DNA of 55,669 nt, from positions 1 through 55,669 of IMG/VR virus record IMGVR_UViG_3300037808_001257; one strand, written 5' to 3'. Both the position numbers and the translations under genes were made by a program. Below, piece after piece: positions 19,014 through 28,769 of this stretch (position 1 is its first letter; each line of letters opens with the position of its first letter). This stretch comes from a virus (lineage: Duplodnaviria; Caudoviricetes). The notes under the pieces were generated by a model. That model had not been told where the DNA came from, searched no databases, and was given only the letters and a program-made list of their open reading frames with translations.

Positions 19014-19510
19014 TGTCCGAGACAAAAACAAACAGGCACTTCACACAAACCGAGAAAGCTAAAAGAGGGTGGTGGGCTAGTGTAGTCTTTATGCTTTTAA
19101 TAATTGGTCTGATCTGGTTCTTGGCTAAACATGAAATTGTAGAAAAAAACCGAGACATACTAATCGGCATTATAGGAATGCTAACGGGTTCGATTTCTTC
19201 AATGTTAGCAATAGCTAGTGGTCGAGATCCTTCCGAAGTAGAAGAACTCAAAGATAAGCTAGCCTCGGCTAATGGTGACCGAGAAGCTCTTATTGCTCGG
19301 TTGAGAGATTGTCAAATCCAACTACAGTTATGTAGAGATCAGATTTTTGAACTTCAATCCGCAGTCATTAATAAGCTGTCATTGTTTGCAGGTGAAGCAC
19401 CAATAAAGTCAATGACAGAAAAAGATGTGGAGTTAAAAGGTGTTGTTAGTGAATGGAGTGTGCCTAATAACTCTGAGGGTAATCCTATTTCTGACGGGGA
19501 GTCTGATTGA
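19007..19510 (+). CDS. Two-TM membrane protein with C-terminal coiled coil
   Basis: WWASVVFMLLIIGLIWFLA and ILIGIIGMLTGSISSMLAIA, then heptad repeats; overlaps the cyclase stop. Confidence 0.75.
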   Translation: MVMSETKTNRHFTQTEKAKRGWWASVVFMLLIIGLIWFLAKHEIVEKNRDILIGIIGMLTGSISSMLAIASGRDPSEVEELKDKLASANGDREALIARLRDCQIQLQLCRDQIFELQSAVINKLSLFAGEAPIKSMTEKDVELKGVVSEWSVPNNSEGNPISDGESD

Positions 19511-19859
19511 GATTCTCCCATCTTTTATGAAATGCCCCATCTTCAAAGTTTGTGAGATACTCATACGCTGAATCTGTGTTGCTCAAACCTTGGTCTCCAC
19601 TAAGATTTGAAAAGAAGAATTGCAACTCTCCTTTTGATTGCTCAGAAAAGCGAGAGAAATCCAGATCCGCCATTTCATTTTCAGACATATTAGAAATAAT
19701 GTTGGAGAGAGTTTCTTTCTCTTCTTTGCTTAGATTGAAGTTGACGGTTTGAGGGTTGAAGATATAATCAAGAATCTCTTCTCTTCTTTGCACAGGCATG
19801 GTGTGGCAGACATATCTAAATTTTAATCCCTGTAGTTTGCGTTTGATTGTCTTAAACAT
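19485..19859 (-). CDS. Hypothetical protein
   Basis: Only substantial ORF in the gap; ATG 19859 with AAGGA upstream. Confidence 0.6.
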   Translation of the reverse strand: MFKTIKRKLQGLKFRYVCHTMPVQRREEILDYIFNPQTVNFNLSKEEKETLSNIISNMSENEMADLDFSRFSEQSKGELQFFFSNLSGDQGLSNTDSAYEYLTNFEDGAFHKRWENLNQTPRQK

Positions 19860-20006
19860 TTTTCGATCTTCCTTCTCTTTCTGCGAGGTTGTATCTGTAG
19901 AACACACCTTGCTCATATATTCTTTGGTTCTTTTAAAAAAAAAATCATATTTGAAGTCTGTTTTATTTGGTACACCTTAAGGAACAGAGAAAATAAAGGA
20001 CTCGAA

Positions 20007-20750
20007 ATGTCAGAAGACTTCAGAAAAAACATGACTCCTATTTTTGGTGATGGTATAGGTGGTGTGTCTATAATAAATAGTATGGGAGATGATTTGACCC
20101 TCGTGAACTCAGCGAGGGCAAGCTTGGGTCAAGTGAGTACTGAGATGGGAGATCGAGAAAAAAAACTCTCGGATTTCTTAATAAGAGAAGGACATACTTC
20201 AACGAGTGAGCATAATGTAGTCACATTCTGGATTAAAGTACCCTTGTTCGTGGCACGTCAACAAATGAGACACAGGACATTCTCGTACAATGAGATTTCT
20301 CGTAGATACACTTCTTCAGATATTGAGTTCTATTTCCCAAGCCAATTCCGCCAACAAGATGAAGAAAACAGACAAGCTTCTTTAGACGAGACGTTCAATC
20401 CTACAATAGAATTCGATGCAGATGACTTCCCTAAGTTTTTAAGACTCGATGCTATTTCTGCATTGAAGAACCACACTTCTGATTCTATTAAGTTGTATAG
20501 GAGTATGGTAGACCAAGGTATTGCAAGAGAACAGTCGAGAATGGTTCTCCCACAGAATCTCTATACCACCTATTGGGCAACAGGGTCGCTCCATAACTGG
20601 ATGAACTCTTTTATTGCAAAAAGAGACCATGAGGATGCTCAGTGGGAAATAAAGTTATTAGCTAGAGAAATATCAAGAAAAATCAAACACCTCTGGCCTA
20701 TTGCTCACGAGAACTATGTTAAGCATGGGAAGATACCTCCTGTACTCTGA
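20007..20750 (+). CDS. thyX: Flavin-dependent thymidylate synthase
   Basis: GHTSTSEH, RQQMRHRTFSYNEISRRY (ThyX motif RHR-x7-S), AREQSRMVLP, AQWEI. Confidence 0.95.
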   Translation: MSEDFRKNMTPIFGDGIGGVSIINSMGDDLTLVNSARASLGQVSTEMGDREKKLSDFLIREGHTSTSEHNVVTFWIKVPLFVARQQMRHRTFSYNEISRRYTSSDIEFYFPSQFRQQDEENRQASLDETFNPTIEFDADDFPKFLRLDAISALKNHTSDSIKLYRSMVDQGIAREQSRMVLPQNLYTTYWATGSLHNWMNSFIAKRDHEDAQWEIKLLAREISRKIKHLWPIAHENYVKHGKIPPVL

Positions 20751-20906
20751 AATAGCTTAATACTTCTTTGATAGTTATGCCCTATAAGTCACGATCTCAT
20801 TACTTTGCTATTTCGAGGTGTCCTATGTGCTATTATTCAGAGTATTTGATGATGTGTGTCTGCTATACTGACGTAATAAATAATATGTTTGTATGAGGGG
20901 TTTTCC

Positions 20907-21551
20907 ATGTTATCTGAGAAAAATCGGATCTTAAAAGAAGCTTTTTTGAGACTTTGTAGCTTAAAAACCTTGGGAGAAATAGAACCTACGGTAGTACACT
21001 CCTTAGTTATCAGACCTAATATGAACACCCTATTTAAAAAGAGGATACAAAACTTACTTACATTCACGCCTTTTGCACATAAGGGCGTAGATGATCTGTT
21101 TTCAGACTATAAACGCCACCTCAATTTGCCTTTTTTGAGGATTCCTGAAGACCTCTTAGATGAACATCTTTCTTCAGAAAACTTGCAAGTAAATACAGAT
21201 AGTGTGCGACTAAAGGAATGCGATTTCGTTGGAAAATATGCCTACGTTTTAAAATCTAATGTGCCTCATCTACAAGGGACAGCACGTTTAGTGGGTCACT
21301 TTGGGTTTGAATCGGATCAAGACTATGGTTTTATAGTCAATGCTGTGGACACTCTGCTAGATGAGCTTTTCCCATCTTCTAAACGAAATAGAAAGACAGA
21401 AGAGGCTCTTCTTGATATTTTTTATAACGAGAGGCTCTCGTACAAGTTTGACGTGGAACTTGATTTCCTTATTCCCGTTACCAACTACACTAAGTTAAAA
21501 CAAGACTATGCTTATTATAAGTCACAAACAGGGTTTTACGGATTAAAGTAA
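20907..21551 (+). CDS. Hypothetical protein
   Basis: ATG 20907 after GAGGGG; about 214 aa. Confidence 0.65.
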   Translation: MLSEKNRILKEAFLRLCSLKTLGEIEPTVVHSLVIRPNMNTLFKKRIQNLLTFTPFAHKGVDDLFSDYKRHLNLPFLRIPEDLLDEHLSSENLQVNTDSVRLKECDFVGKYAYVLKSNVPHLQGTARLVGHFGFESDQDYGFIVNAVDTLLDELFPSSKRNRKTEEALLDIFYNERLSYKFDVELDFLIPVTNYTKLKQDYAYYKSQTGFYGLK

Positions 21552-22832
21552 ATCTGCTGTAATGTCTGAAAGCGTAGATCTTTCAGACCTATGTAACTCC
21601 ATACAACCAAAAATAGGTTGGTTTTTCATTCTTTCTATGACATGTATAAGACCATTAGACTTTGAGTCTAAGTATGGGTGGTCTATTTGATATGGGTCGC
21701 CAAGTAAGACTACTTTAGTGCCTTCCGCCGCTCTGGTGATGACCGATTTAATTTCATGCTTGGTGAGATTTTGTGCTTCATCAATAATCATGAAAGCATT
21801 TTTTAAGGACCTCCCCCTAATAGAGTGTATGGGCTGTATTTCTATATTGCATTTATCTAACAACTCTCCTCTGCTATCTTCAGATTGTCTAACATCCCAA
21901 TAAGGGCTTATTTGATCGAGGTTGTCGAAAAAAGATTGCATCCAAGGTTCTAGTTTCTCACTTAAACTTCCGGGTAAAAAACCAATGCCATTACCCACAT
22001 CTACTACGGGCTTGCTTAAGACTATCTTACTGTAGTTTGTCTGCTGTTCTAACGCAGCCGCTAACGCAAGAAAAGTCTTTCCTGTCCCTGCTTTCCCCAA
22101 TATGGCTACAAGCTGTATTTCTGAGTCTAAAAGCAGATCAAGACAAGCTGTCTGTTCTATATTTCTAGGTTTTGCTTTCTCTACTCTTAACTTTTTGTCT
22201 ACATTACTAAGACTCCCATCTTTGTAAATGAACAGGTGTGTTTTTCCTGTTCCATGACTGATAAACTTAATATACTTGTTTTCATATAGCTCACCGACAT
22301 AACACATATGGTCTTCATATCGGATAGCACCTTGCCAGTAAGCCTCTGCTATTTGTTTCTCTAGTTGGTCGTCAGGTATGACTTCGACTATGCCCACATT
22401 ATGTGTATCTCTTCTGTCTGCACTGTAGTCTTCGGACTTTAGTCCAACACTTTCACAAATGATCCTTAAGTTGACATCTTTGCTAACAAGAGTGAAATCA
22501 CTGTATTTCTCATTCTGCTCCATTGCAGTTTGGAGGATGAGTAAGTCTATGTACCTTATTTGACTCGCCTGATCTAAGTCTTTCAGACTTATTTCATCTC
22601 CAAGAGAAACAACTTCAAGATTTTCATCTTTTGATTCCATCTTTGAGAGGATCAAAGAAGAAGCTTTTCTTGCTAAATGGGAAATATGTCCTTTTTCTTT
22701 TTTTGGTGCGTCTTTTAGTAAATCAAGCTCCATAATTACAAATATGGGTATCAGAACTTTAGTATCCCCATACGAGCATACACTCTCTGGGTCATGTATT
22801 AAAATGGAGGTGTCGAGTAGAACCGCTTTCAT
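21543..22832 (-). CDS. phoH: PIN-domain + PhoH-family ATPase (PhoH2/YlaK-like)
   Basis: VLLDTSILIHDP, LVSKDVNLR (PIN); GKAGTGKT, GFLPG, IRGRS, IIDEAQN, GDPYQID. Confidence 0.93.
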   Translation of the reverse strand: MKAVLLDTSILIHDPESVCSYGDTKVLIPIFVIMELDLLKDAPKKEKGHISHLARKASSLILSKMESKDENLEVVSLGDEISLKDLDQASQIRYIDLLILQTAMEQNEKYSDFTLVSKDVNLRIICESVGLKSEDYSADRRDTHNVGIVEVIPDDQLEKQIAEAYWQGAIRYEDHMCYVGELYENKYIKFISHGTGKTHLFIYKDGSLSNVDKKLRVEKAKPRNIEQTACLDLLLDSEIQLVAILGKAGTGKTFLALAAALEQQTNYSKIVLSKPVVDVGNGIGFLPGSLSEKLEPWMQSFFDNLDQISPYWDVRQSEDSRGELLDKCNIEIQPIHSIRGRSLKNAFMIIDEAQNLTKHEIKSVITRAAEGTKVVLLGDPYQIDHPYLDSKSNGLIHVIERMKNQPIFGCMELHRSERSTLSDITADLL

Positions 22833-22893
22833 AGAGAACCTTTCTTTTTTTGTTTCTTAAAAAGAAGCTCCCTATTAAGAAAGTAATCTCAAC

Positions 22894-23604
22894 CTAGTGG
22901 TAGACTATCTCACCCTTGTTTGCAAACACCCATACAAAATGTTCTAACTCTTCTACTGAGATGTTTTTCAAGGAAGATAGCTTTTCGATGTCTTTTTTGT
23001 ATTGGTCATAGTCATCTAAGTCTAACTTCCCTTCTTGTGTAAAGGAGAGGATGTTATTAATCGCTTTCGTTCCTTCTATATGGTTCTTAGCCTCTTCGTC
23101 AGAAAGTACTTCATCTACGATTGCAACAGGCCCTCCTATCCACAGGAGGGCTTTTCTACCCTCAAAATCAGTTACCACATAGGATTCAAAGTCATTGCTG
23201 TTTAAATGGTCTAAAGGGATAGGGTATTCAGAGTTTTCTAATTTCTCCCAAGTGATCTTCGCTTCGTTTTCGTAAAATGTGAAGGAGATACTACCATTTC
23301 CTGTTGGGGTGAAAAACACTTCAAAGTTGTTTCCTTTTTGTTTTTTTCGTATTTCTAATACGCAACCGCTATGTTTGACTAAAGGTGTCATGCTTTCAGT
23401 GGTGAAAAATCTTAAGTTGAATAAGTGTTCTTTCTCTTCAAGAAACGCACCTCCGATGTTTTTGAGAGTGTCTTGCTTATCTATGTTAATGCCTTTGTGT
23501 GGCATTTTGCAGTTGAAATAGGTCTCTGAAAGAAGGCTTCTTTTTTTGTGGGAGAAGGGGGTTTTCCCAAACTTGCAAAAATTGAATTTTTCTAGCTCGT
23601 ACAT
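22894..23604 (-). CDS. Hypothetical protein
   Basis: 236-aa ORF with GAGGT RBS, co-oriented with phoH. Confidence 0.7.
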   Translation of the reverse strand: MYELEKFNFCKFGKTPFSHKKRSLLSETYFNCKMPHKGINIDKQDTLKNIGGAFLEEKEHLFNLRFFTTESMTPLVKHSGCVLEIRKKQKGNNFEVFFTPTGNGSISFTFYENEAKITWEKLENSEYPIPLDHLNSNDFESYVVTDFEGRKALLWIGGPVAIVDEVLSDEEAKNHIEGTKAINNILSFTQEGKLDLDDYDQYKKDIEKLSSLKNISVEELEHFVWVFANKGEIVYH

Positions 23605-23685
23605 TTCATACCTCTCTTGTGGTTTAATGGTCTTCTCTATTATATACTTTTTAGAGTGTGTTTGTTCCAGAAAGTTTTGTACGGT

Positions 23686-24141
23686 ATGAAAGATAAGTTG
23701 TTAGAAATACGAATAAAGCAGTGTGGTTTGCTGTCAAACGCTTCTCCTTGTCCACGAAGGGCGGTGGGTGCGATTATCATAGACCCTACAGATGGTGTTG
23801 TTTTAAGCGATGGTTACAACGGCACTCCTCGTGGTTCTGAGGATGTTCTCTGTGGAGGGTCTGTGTGTCTTAGAGAAGACTCTAGTGTTAAGAGTGGCAC
23901 ACAAAACGATATCGGGTGTCATCACGCAGAGATGAACGCAATTTTAAATAGTTCTCGGAGAGGTCAAGCTACTTTGGGTAAGTGGATGATTGTCTCATGT
24001 AGCCCATGTCTGATGTGTGCAAAAGCAATACACCATGCAGGGATAGTTAAGATTATCATCTCTAGCATTCCAGAGAGTCACACTCAAGGGGTGGAATATT
24101 TGAAAAGAAATGATGTGGACGTTTCCATTGTCCTTTTATGA
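23686..24141 (+). CDS. dCMP deaminase
   Basis: CPRRAVGA, GYNGTP, HAEMNA, SPCLMCAK zinc motifs. Confidence 0.93.
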   Translation: MKDKLLEIRIKQCGLLSNASPCPRRAVGAIIIDPTDGVVLSDGYNGTPRGSEDVLCGGSVCLREDSSVKSGTQNDIGCHHAEMNAILNSSRRGQATLGKWMIVSCSPCLMCAKAIHHAGIVKIIISSIPESHTQGVEYLKRNDVDVSIVLL

Positions 24142-24153
24142 TTCTACTTATTT

Positions 24154-24166
24154 TTAGTTTGTTTAT
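24154..24166 (+). promoter_or_regulatory. Representative copy of a putative late-promoter motif (consensus about TAGTTnnTTTAT)
   Basis: Similar words near 906, 11075, 16490, 17388, 38278, 42279, 45574, 46107, 47789 and 50500, each upstream of a virion-type gene. Confidence 0.5.
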
Positions 24167-24206
24167 GTTCTAGTAGTTGGAGAAAGAAAGAAGAGAGGAT
24201 TTTATT

Positions 24207-25145
24207 ATGTCGAGTAGACTTTCAGATTTAATCAGATTTGCCTATAACAACCCAGAATCAAGAGAAGAAGTACTTTCTGAGCTATTTTCAGGGTTAGATG
24301 CAGAAGAAATAGATTCCTTTGAGCGGATGTCAGGAGCAAGGTCTCTTGTGAATGAGCGAGGCGATTGTGCAAACCCACACGTTAGAGGCAAACCCCGCCC
24401 GGGCTATGGTACTTGCTATCAAACTCACAATGAATATGGTTCTGCAAGCAGTGGTGAGAATGGTTCGGATGATAGAAAGCAATACATGGTAGACTATCGT
24501 AAGAATAATTACGATACGGAAAATGGCCCTAACGATGGTAAGGATCGTAAGACTGTACCTATGCCTTGGGGTCAAAGCACCACACGAAGTGCAAGCTCAG
24601 AGTTAGTGAGACTTGCACATGAACTTCCTGAGTTAAGAGACCCCATCTTAAAGCTTTTTTTTTTCAAAACAGCAGTAGATAATGGTTACAAAGCCCCTTC
24701 TCCAAAAGCAAAGGAAAGAGGGTGTGGTGAGGTTTTTAAAGACCGTTCAGAGTTAACACAACAAGAAAAAATAGAGATGGAGTCGGCACGAAAGAAAGGT
24801 GAAGCACCCCCAGTAGGCAGTTGTAATCGTAGGATAAATGATTACGGCAGTGGTGTTTCTTTCGATATGAAGAAATATATGCAGGACTATCGAGCCAAGG
24901 GCTTTCTTGAGTTTAACTCAGATTTAGGTAAAGAAGTCCAAACGAGCAAGGGGGATGCGAGCCGCTCAAAGGTTCCAGATTGGGCAGGCAAAGTTAAAGG
25001 TGAAAATAATCCATCTAAGCTTGAAGTTCAAAAGAAGAGAACAGAGAAGAGAAAAGAGGTTGATCCTTCTAAAGCTCTTAAAGCCCCTCCTAAGAGTGAA
25101 GCTCCTAAGAAGAAGAAGCTTAAACTAGTTAAAGATAGGAGTTGA
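24207..25145 (+). CDS. Internally duplicated hypothetical protein, candidate internal head protein
   Basis: Two units: LIRFAYNNPESRE / LVRLAHELPELRD leaders, each followed by C..xN[ED]YGS...K.YM.DYR. ATG 24207 after GAGGA. Confidence 0.75.
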   Translation: MSSRLSDLIRFAYNNPESREEVLSELFSGLDAEEIDSFERMSGARSLVNERGDCANPHVRGKPRPGYGTCYQTHNEYGSASSGENGSDDRKQYMVDYRKNNYDTENGPNDGKDRKTVPMPWGQSTTRSASSELVRLAHELPELRDPILKLFFFKTAVDNGYKAPSPKAKERGCGEVFKDRSELTQQEKIEMESARKKGEAPPVGSCNRRINDYGSGVSFDMKKYMQDYRAKGFLEFNSDLGKEVQTSKGDASRSKVPDWAGKVKGENNPSKLEVQKKRTEKRKEVDPSKALKAPPKSEAPKKKKLKLVKDRS

Positions 25146-25738
25146 TTGTGTCAGAGATCAATAGAAATAAAAACATAAGAACAGCAGGTGAAGTTCGCTT
25201 CATCAAAGATGATTCTAATTCTCCTATGAACGCAGGAAATTGGGCATGGGGGGGCTTTCCTCCAACAAACAGAGAAATAAACCCTAACTTCAAGTTTGAT
25301 CCTGATTGTAGTGCGAAGCTCGTTGCTGTGTTGAAGAGTACTCTTTTTGCTTTAGGTCACACACTACACGCCTATGACATCTTCGCTAAACTTAAGAGTC
25401 GGAGTATTTCTCCAGATGGGAGTTTGGGAGGTAAGGGTTATATTCAAGAAGTGAAACATATGCGTAAGCAGTTTATGAATACTGTAGAAGCTCTCTCTGC
25501 TCTTTCTGACACTCTTAATGATGAAGTTAAAGCACCACATTGGGCTTTAGCTTCTAGAGATCCTCAAGAAGTTGATTCTATCAACGACATTAAAGAAGAT
25601 CCTGAGAAATATGCAGAGCGACAAATGAAAGAGGATGCAAAGTCAATAGAAGAATCTTCCAAAATCAGAACTGCAAGCATCCGCAAACGTGCTAGTGTTA
25701 CTATAGTAGCAGATAAATACATAAGGAGCATGAAATGA
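25142..25738 (+). CDS. Hypothetical virion-associated protein
   Basis: Coupled in the late operon; IRTAGE near the N-terminus, IRTASIRKRASV near the C-terminus. Confidence 0.7.
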   Translation: MIVSEINRNKNIRTAGEVRFIKDDSNSPMNAGNWAWGGFPPTNREINPNFKFDPDCSAKLVAVLKSTLFALGHTLHAYDIFAKLKSRSISPDGSLGGKGYIQEVKHMRKQFMNTVEALSALSDTLNDEVKAPHWALASRDPQEVDSINDIKEDPEKYAERQMKEDAKSIEESSKIRTASIRKRASVTIVADKYIRSMK

Positions 25739-28089
25739 GTAACAACAGTAAACTTCCAAATGGTGGGTTTTCGCTTACAAATGGCTCTAACTATATGCTT
25801 GATGGTTTTAGTTTCGATACCGATTATGGAGATGGTGTTTTAGACAAAGCTCGTCTTCCCGAATCAAAAGGTATTTCTTCTCTACCGAAAGGTATGGTCC
25901 CTCCCGAAGGTTCATTGAGTTCAGACTTACCTATAGGTGTAGAGAGAGAAATAGATCTCGACCTCACTGATTTTACAAAATCAGCAGGTCAGCTTATACC
26001 CTTAGTAGATCATTCTTGGTTGGCGGAGCAGTCAAAAGAAGATTTAGAAGGTATGAGAACACATGATGATATACTTCAACAGTTTGCAGAGGGTAAGTTT
26101 GAGCATCCTCAAGTTAATCAGATAAAAGCACTTGAGGATGCTTGGGGTAAAGGTCAATCTACAGATGGCCTGTCTATCATTCCAAATTCTCAACGCAAAC
26201 ATGAAAAATACACCAATCGCTATGAAGAGGTTTCAGAGTTACCTGCGGATGCTTATCGACAAAGAGTAGAGCAAGCCATGAGGAAGCTCGCTTACGGTGA
26301 CAACTTGGAAGATATCCTCAAAGACCTAGAAGATATGATGTCTTCAGAGAAACAAATGAAGCAAGCTTCTGAGCTGATTATTTCTGAGCATGGTCTACAT
26401 GGTACTGTATATTTGAAAGAAGCATATTTCCCAGGGCTTTTTAATGGTAAGTGGGATGAGGTCGTAAATAAGAGGTGTGCTTCTTCTCTTTATATTATTC
26501 CGAAGAATGAGGGTTGTGCTTTCGATAGAGTCTTAGGGAAAGAGGTGGTGGCATCTATTCCTTGGAAGAAAGCGTATCAGACGCTCATGCCTCGATTAGA
26601 GGCTTTTGGTGTTTCTAAGGTTTCAGGTTCCAGCTATCAATCTATGTTACAACAAGCTTTCATAGACTCTAAGTCTTTGGGAGGAAATACTCATGTAGCA
26701 AACACATGGTTTCCAACTCAAAACTTTGAGTTCGAGAGTATTTCTTCTGAAGACGCACAAAGAGAACTACAAGCTTCTGAATACTCAGATTTCTTTATTG
26801 AGCAAAAAGCAGATTTAAAGCTTGTGCGTTTAGAGCGTATTGCTTCTCAACTTGTGGGTCAGGGTTTCTTAGACTCAGATCAAGTTGAGGCAGTAGTTTC
26901 TTCAGGTAAAACCGCCCAACAGAAAATAGATCGTCTTTATGATCTTGCTTCTACTCCTGTTAAGTCCTCAGAGTATGAAGGGCGTGGGAAAGATGCCCAC
27001 TATTTAGCACCACGAAGAAATACAGACGTTGCTCAACCTGTACCTGTTGGAGAAATAAGTCTGGCTAAAAGAAATAAGTTGGCTATGAATAAAGTCGCTA
27101 AACTTATTTCTAGTGGTCTTATTTCTTATGAAGACTTAGAGCAGGTTACAAAAGGAATGAAAACACCTGAAGCTAAATTAGCTTCAGTACTCGATTTCTT
27201 ATCTAAACCTAAATCAGTTCAGAGTTATGCTGGTCATGTTAATAAAGCACATGTCATTACGGCTAGAAATAAAATGCCCACTGAAAAAGTGGTCTCTACA
27301 GAAGTTGTTGAGGGTAAGAAAATTGCTAGCCGTATTGAATACTTTGTAACGAATGGGTTCATTTCTTCTGAAGACGCAAATGCGAGCATGGCTCTTGACG
27401 GAAACGCTAAGTATAAGTCACTCTTTAAATTAGCTAAAGAGGGCGTGTCTTCTAAGAAAGTTGACTTTAGTGGGCATCATTTTGAAGCTCATATTTCTAA
27501 GAGGGCTTCTGCACCTACCAAGACAGCTCATGAAGTACAATCACATAAAGTGGCTACTTGGCTGAGACAAAAGATGACTGAGGGTTCAGCAGGACAAGAG
27601 CTTGATATCTTGTTAAGTTCGAGGTTCTCTCAGAATGTCCTTGATTCACATAAAGATAGGATTTCGTCTTTGAGGGCCGACCACGAAGGTATTTCTGGTC
27701 ATGCCTATGTCGATACTGAAGCGTATATGACTAGCGGTACTGAGGGTTGTGATAAAGGTGCTCTCATCCATAGAGCCAATCAGATTCCTTCTATTCTTAA
27801 GAACGCAAAATGTGGTGGTTGCGTGTTCAATGTTGGAGGGTCTTGTCAGAAATACAATAAGTGTGCTGTAGATGCTTCAAGCGAAATAGTAGAAGATAAG
27901 GCGAGTTATCAGAGTGAAACGATTAGAATCGCTAACTCTACAGATGCTGAGAGGACAGCTTCTCTTTTTGTTAATAACTACGACCATTCAGAGTTTAACT
28001 TGACTACTAACAACAACTTATCTTTTTCAGACGAAGCACCTAGTCTTGAAAAAATAGGTGAAGTGTTGTTTGGTGGGATAGAACTGTAG
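25735..28089 (+). CDS. Large virion-associated protein with internal helical repeats and C-terminal Cys cluster
   Basis: Three repeats of the type RIASQLVGQGFL / KVAKLISSGLIS / KIASRIEYFVTNGFIS; KCGGCVFN...C cluster; many [KR]xAS motifs. Confidence 0.7.
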   Translation: MSNNSKLPNGGFSLTNGSNYMLDGFSFDTDYGDGVLDKARLPESKGISSLPKGMVPPEGSLSSDLPIGVEREIDLDLTDFTKSAGQLIPLVDHSWLAEQSKEDLEGMRTHDDILQQFAEGKFEHPQVNQIKALEDAWGKGQSTDGLSIIPNSQRKHEKYTNRYEEVSELPADAYRQRVEQAMRKLAYGDNLEDILKDLEDMMSSEKQMKQASELIISEHGLHGTVYLKEAYFPGLFNGKWDEVVNKRCASSLYIIPKNEGCAFDRVLGKEVVASIPWKKAYQTLMPRLEAFGVSKVSGSSYQSMLQQAFIDSKSLGGNTHVANTWFPTQNFEFESISSEDAQRELQASEYSDFFIEQKADLKLVRLERIASQLVGQGFLDSDQVEAVVSSGKTAQQKIDRLYDLASTPVKSSEYEGRGKDAHYLAPRRNTDVAQPVPVGEISLAKRNKLAMNKVAKLISSGLISYEDLEQVTKGMKTPEAKLASVLDFLSKPKSVQSYAGHVNKAHVITARNKMPTEKVVSTEVVEGKKIASRIEYFVTNGFISSEDANASMALDGNAKYKSLFKLAKEGVSSKKVDFSGHHFEAHISKRASAPTKTAHEVQSHKVATWLRQKMTEGSAGQELDILLSSRFSQNVLDSHKDRISSLRADHEGISGHAYVDTEAYMTSGTEGCDKGALIHRANQIPSILKNAKCGGCVFNVGGSCQKYNKCAVDASSEIVEDKASYQSETIRIANSTDAERTASLFVNNYDHSEFNLTTNNNLSFSDEAPSLEKIGEVLFGGIEL

Positions 28090-28099
28090 GAGAAATAAA

Positions 28100-28756
28100 A
28101 TGCAACGTAGTACTGTCAATGTATCTCAAAAATATAAGCTCCTTGTAGCTCACCATAGAAGACCTTCAGACCCAAGCAAGGGCGAGGTTGGGAATCCTTC
28201 TCCGATCAGAAGAGGCTTTGAGTGTCAAACTATTTCTAATAGTTCGGGACGTGCCATATTGGGGAACTTTTCCGAGAAGAGGGTTAAGCTCGTCATTCAA
28301 GTAAACTCTTTAGATTATTTCAATGATCGTCTTGGAGGAGCACCTCCATTTTTTGAAAAAGATCAAATCTTAGCAGTTGCTTCTAACATCCCTACTTTAG
28401 ATCAGCTACCTTCTTTGAAGGCAGGTGATGATTTTGGACAAGCTAGTGGAGGCGGGGCGGGAAATATCGTAACCGTAGCTTCAGAATTAGCGGAAGCTTT
28501 AAACTCAAAAAGATTGGGTATTTTCGCTAAGGTTGATGACTTAGACAATACATTAGTTAATATTAAAACCGAATCTATTGAGGATGACTTGGTATTAACT
28601 ATTGTAAGCTATTCTTACAAGCTATTGAATGGTGTCCCTCCTTTTATTGTAAAAGACGCAGATGGTAACATAGTCTATGATCCGGATGTAGATGATAGAG
28701 GTGTCCGAGTACTTGTTAAGAGAAATGAGGACATAGACCCCATAAACGAAATTTAG
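28100..28756 (+). CDS. Hypothetical protein (possibly structural)
   Basis: 218-aa ORF with AGGAG RBS, in the late operon. Confidence 0.7.
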   Translation: MQRSTVNVSQKYKLLVAHHRRPSDPSKGEVGNPSPIRRGFECQTISNSSGRAILGNFSEKRVKLVIQVNSLDYFNDRLGGAPPFFEKDQILAVASNIPTLDQLPSLKAGDDFGQASGGGAGNIVTVASELAEALNSKRLGIFAKVDDLDNTLVNIKTESIEDDLVLTIVSYSYKLLNGVPPFIVKDADGNIVYDPDVDDRGVRVLVKRNEDIDPINEI

Positions 28757-28769
28757 TTGGAGGTATTAC

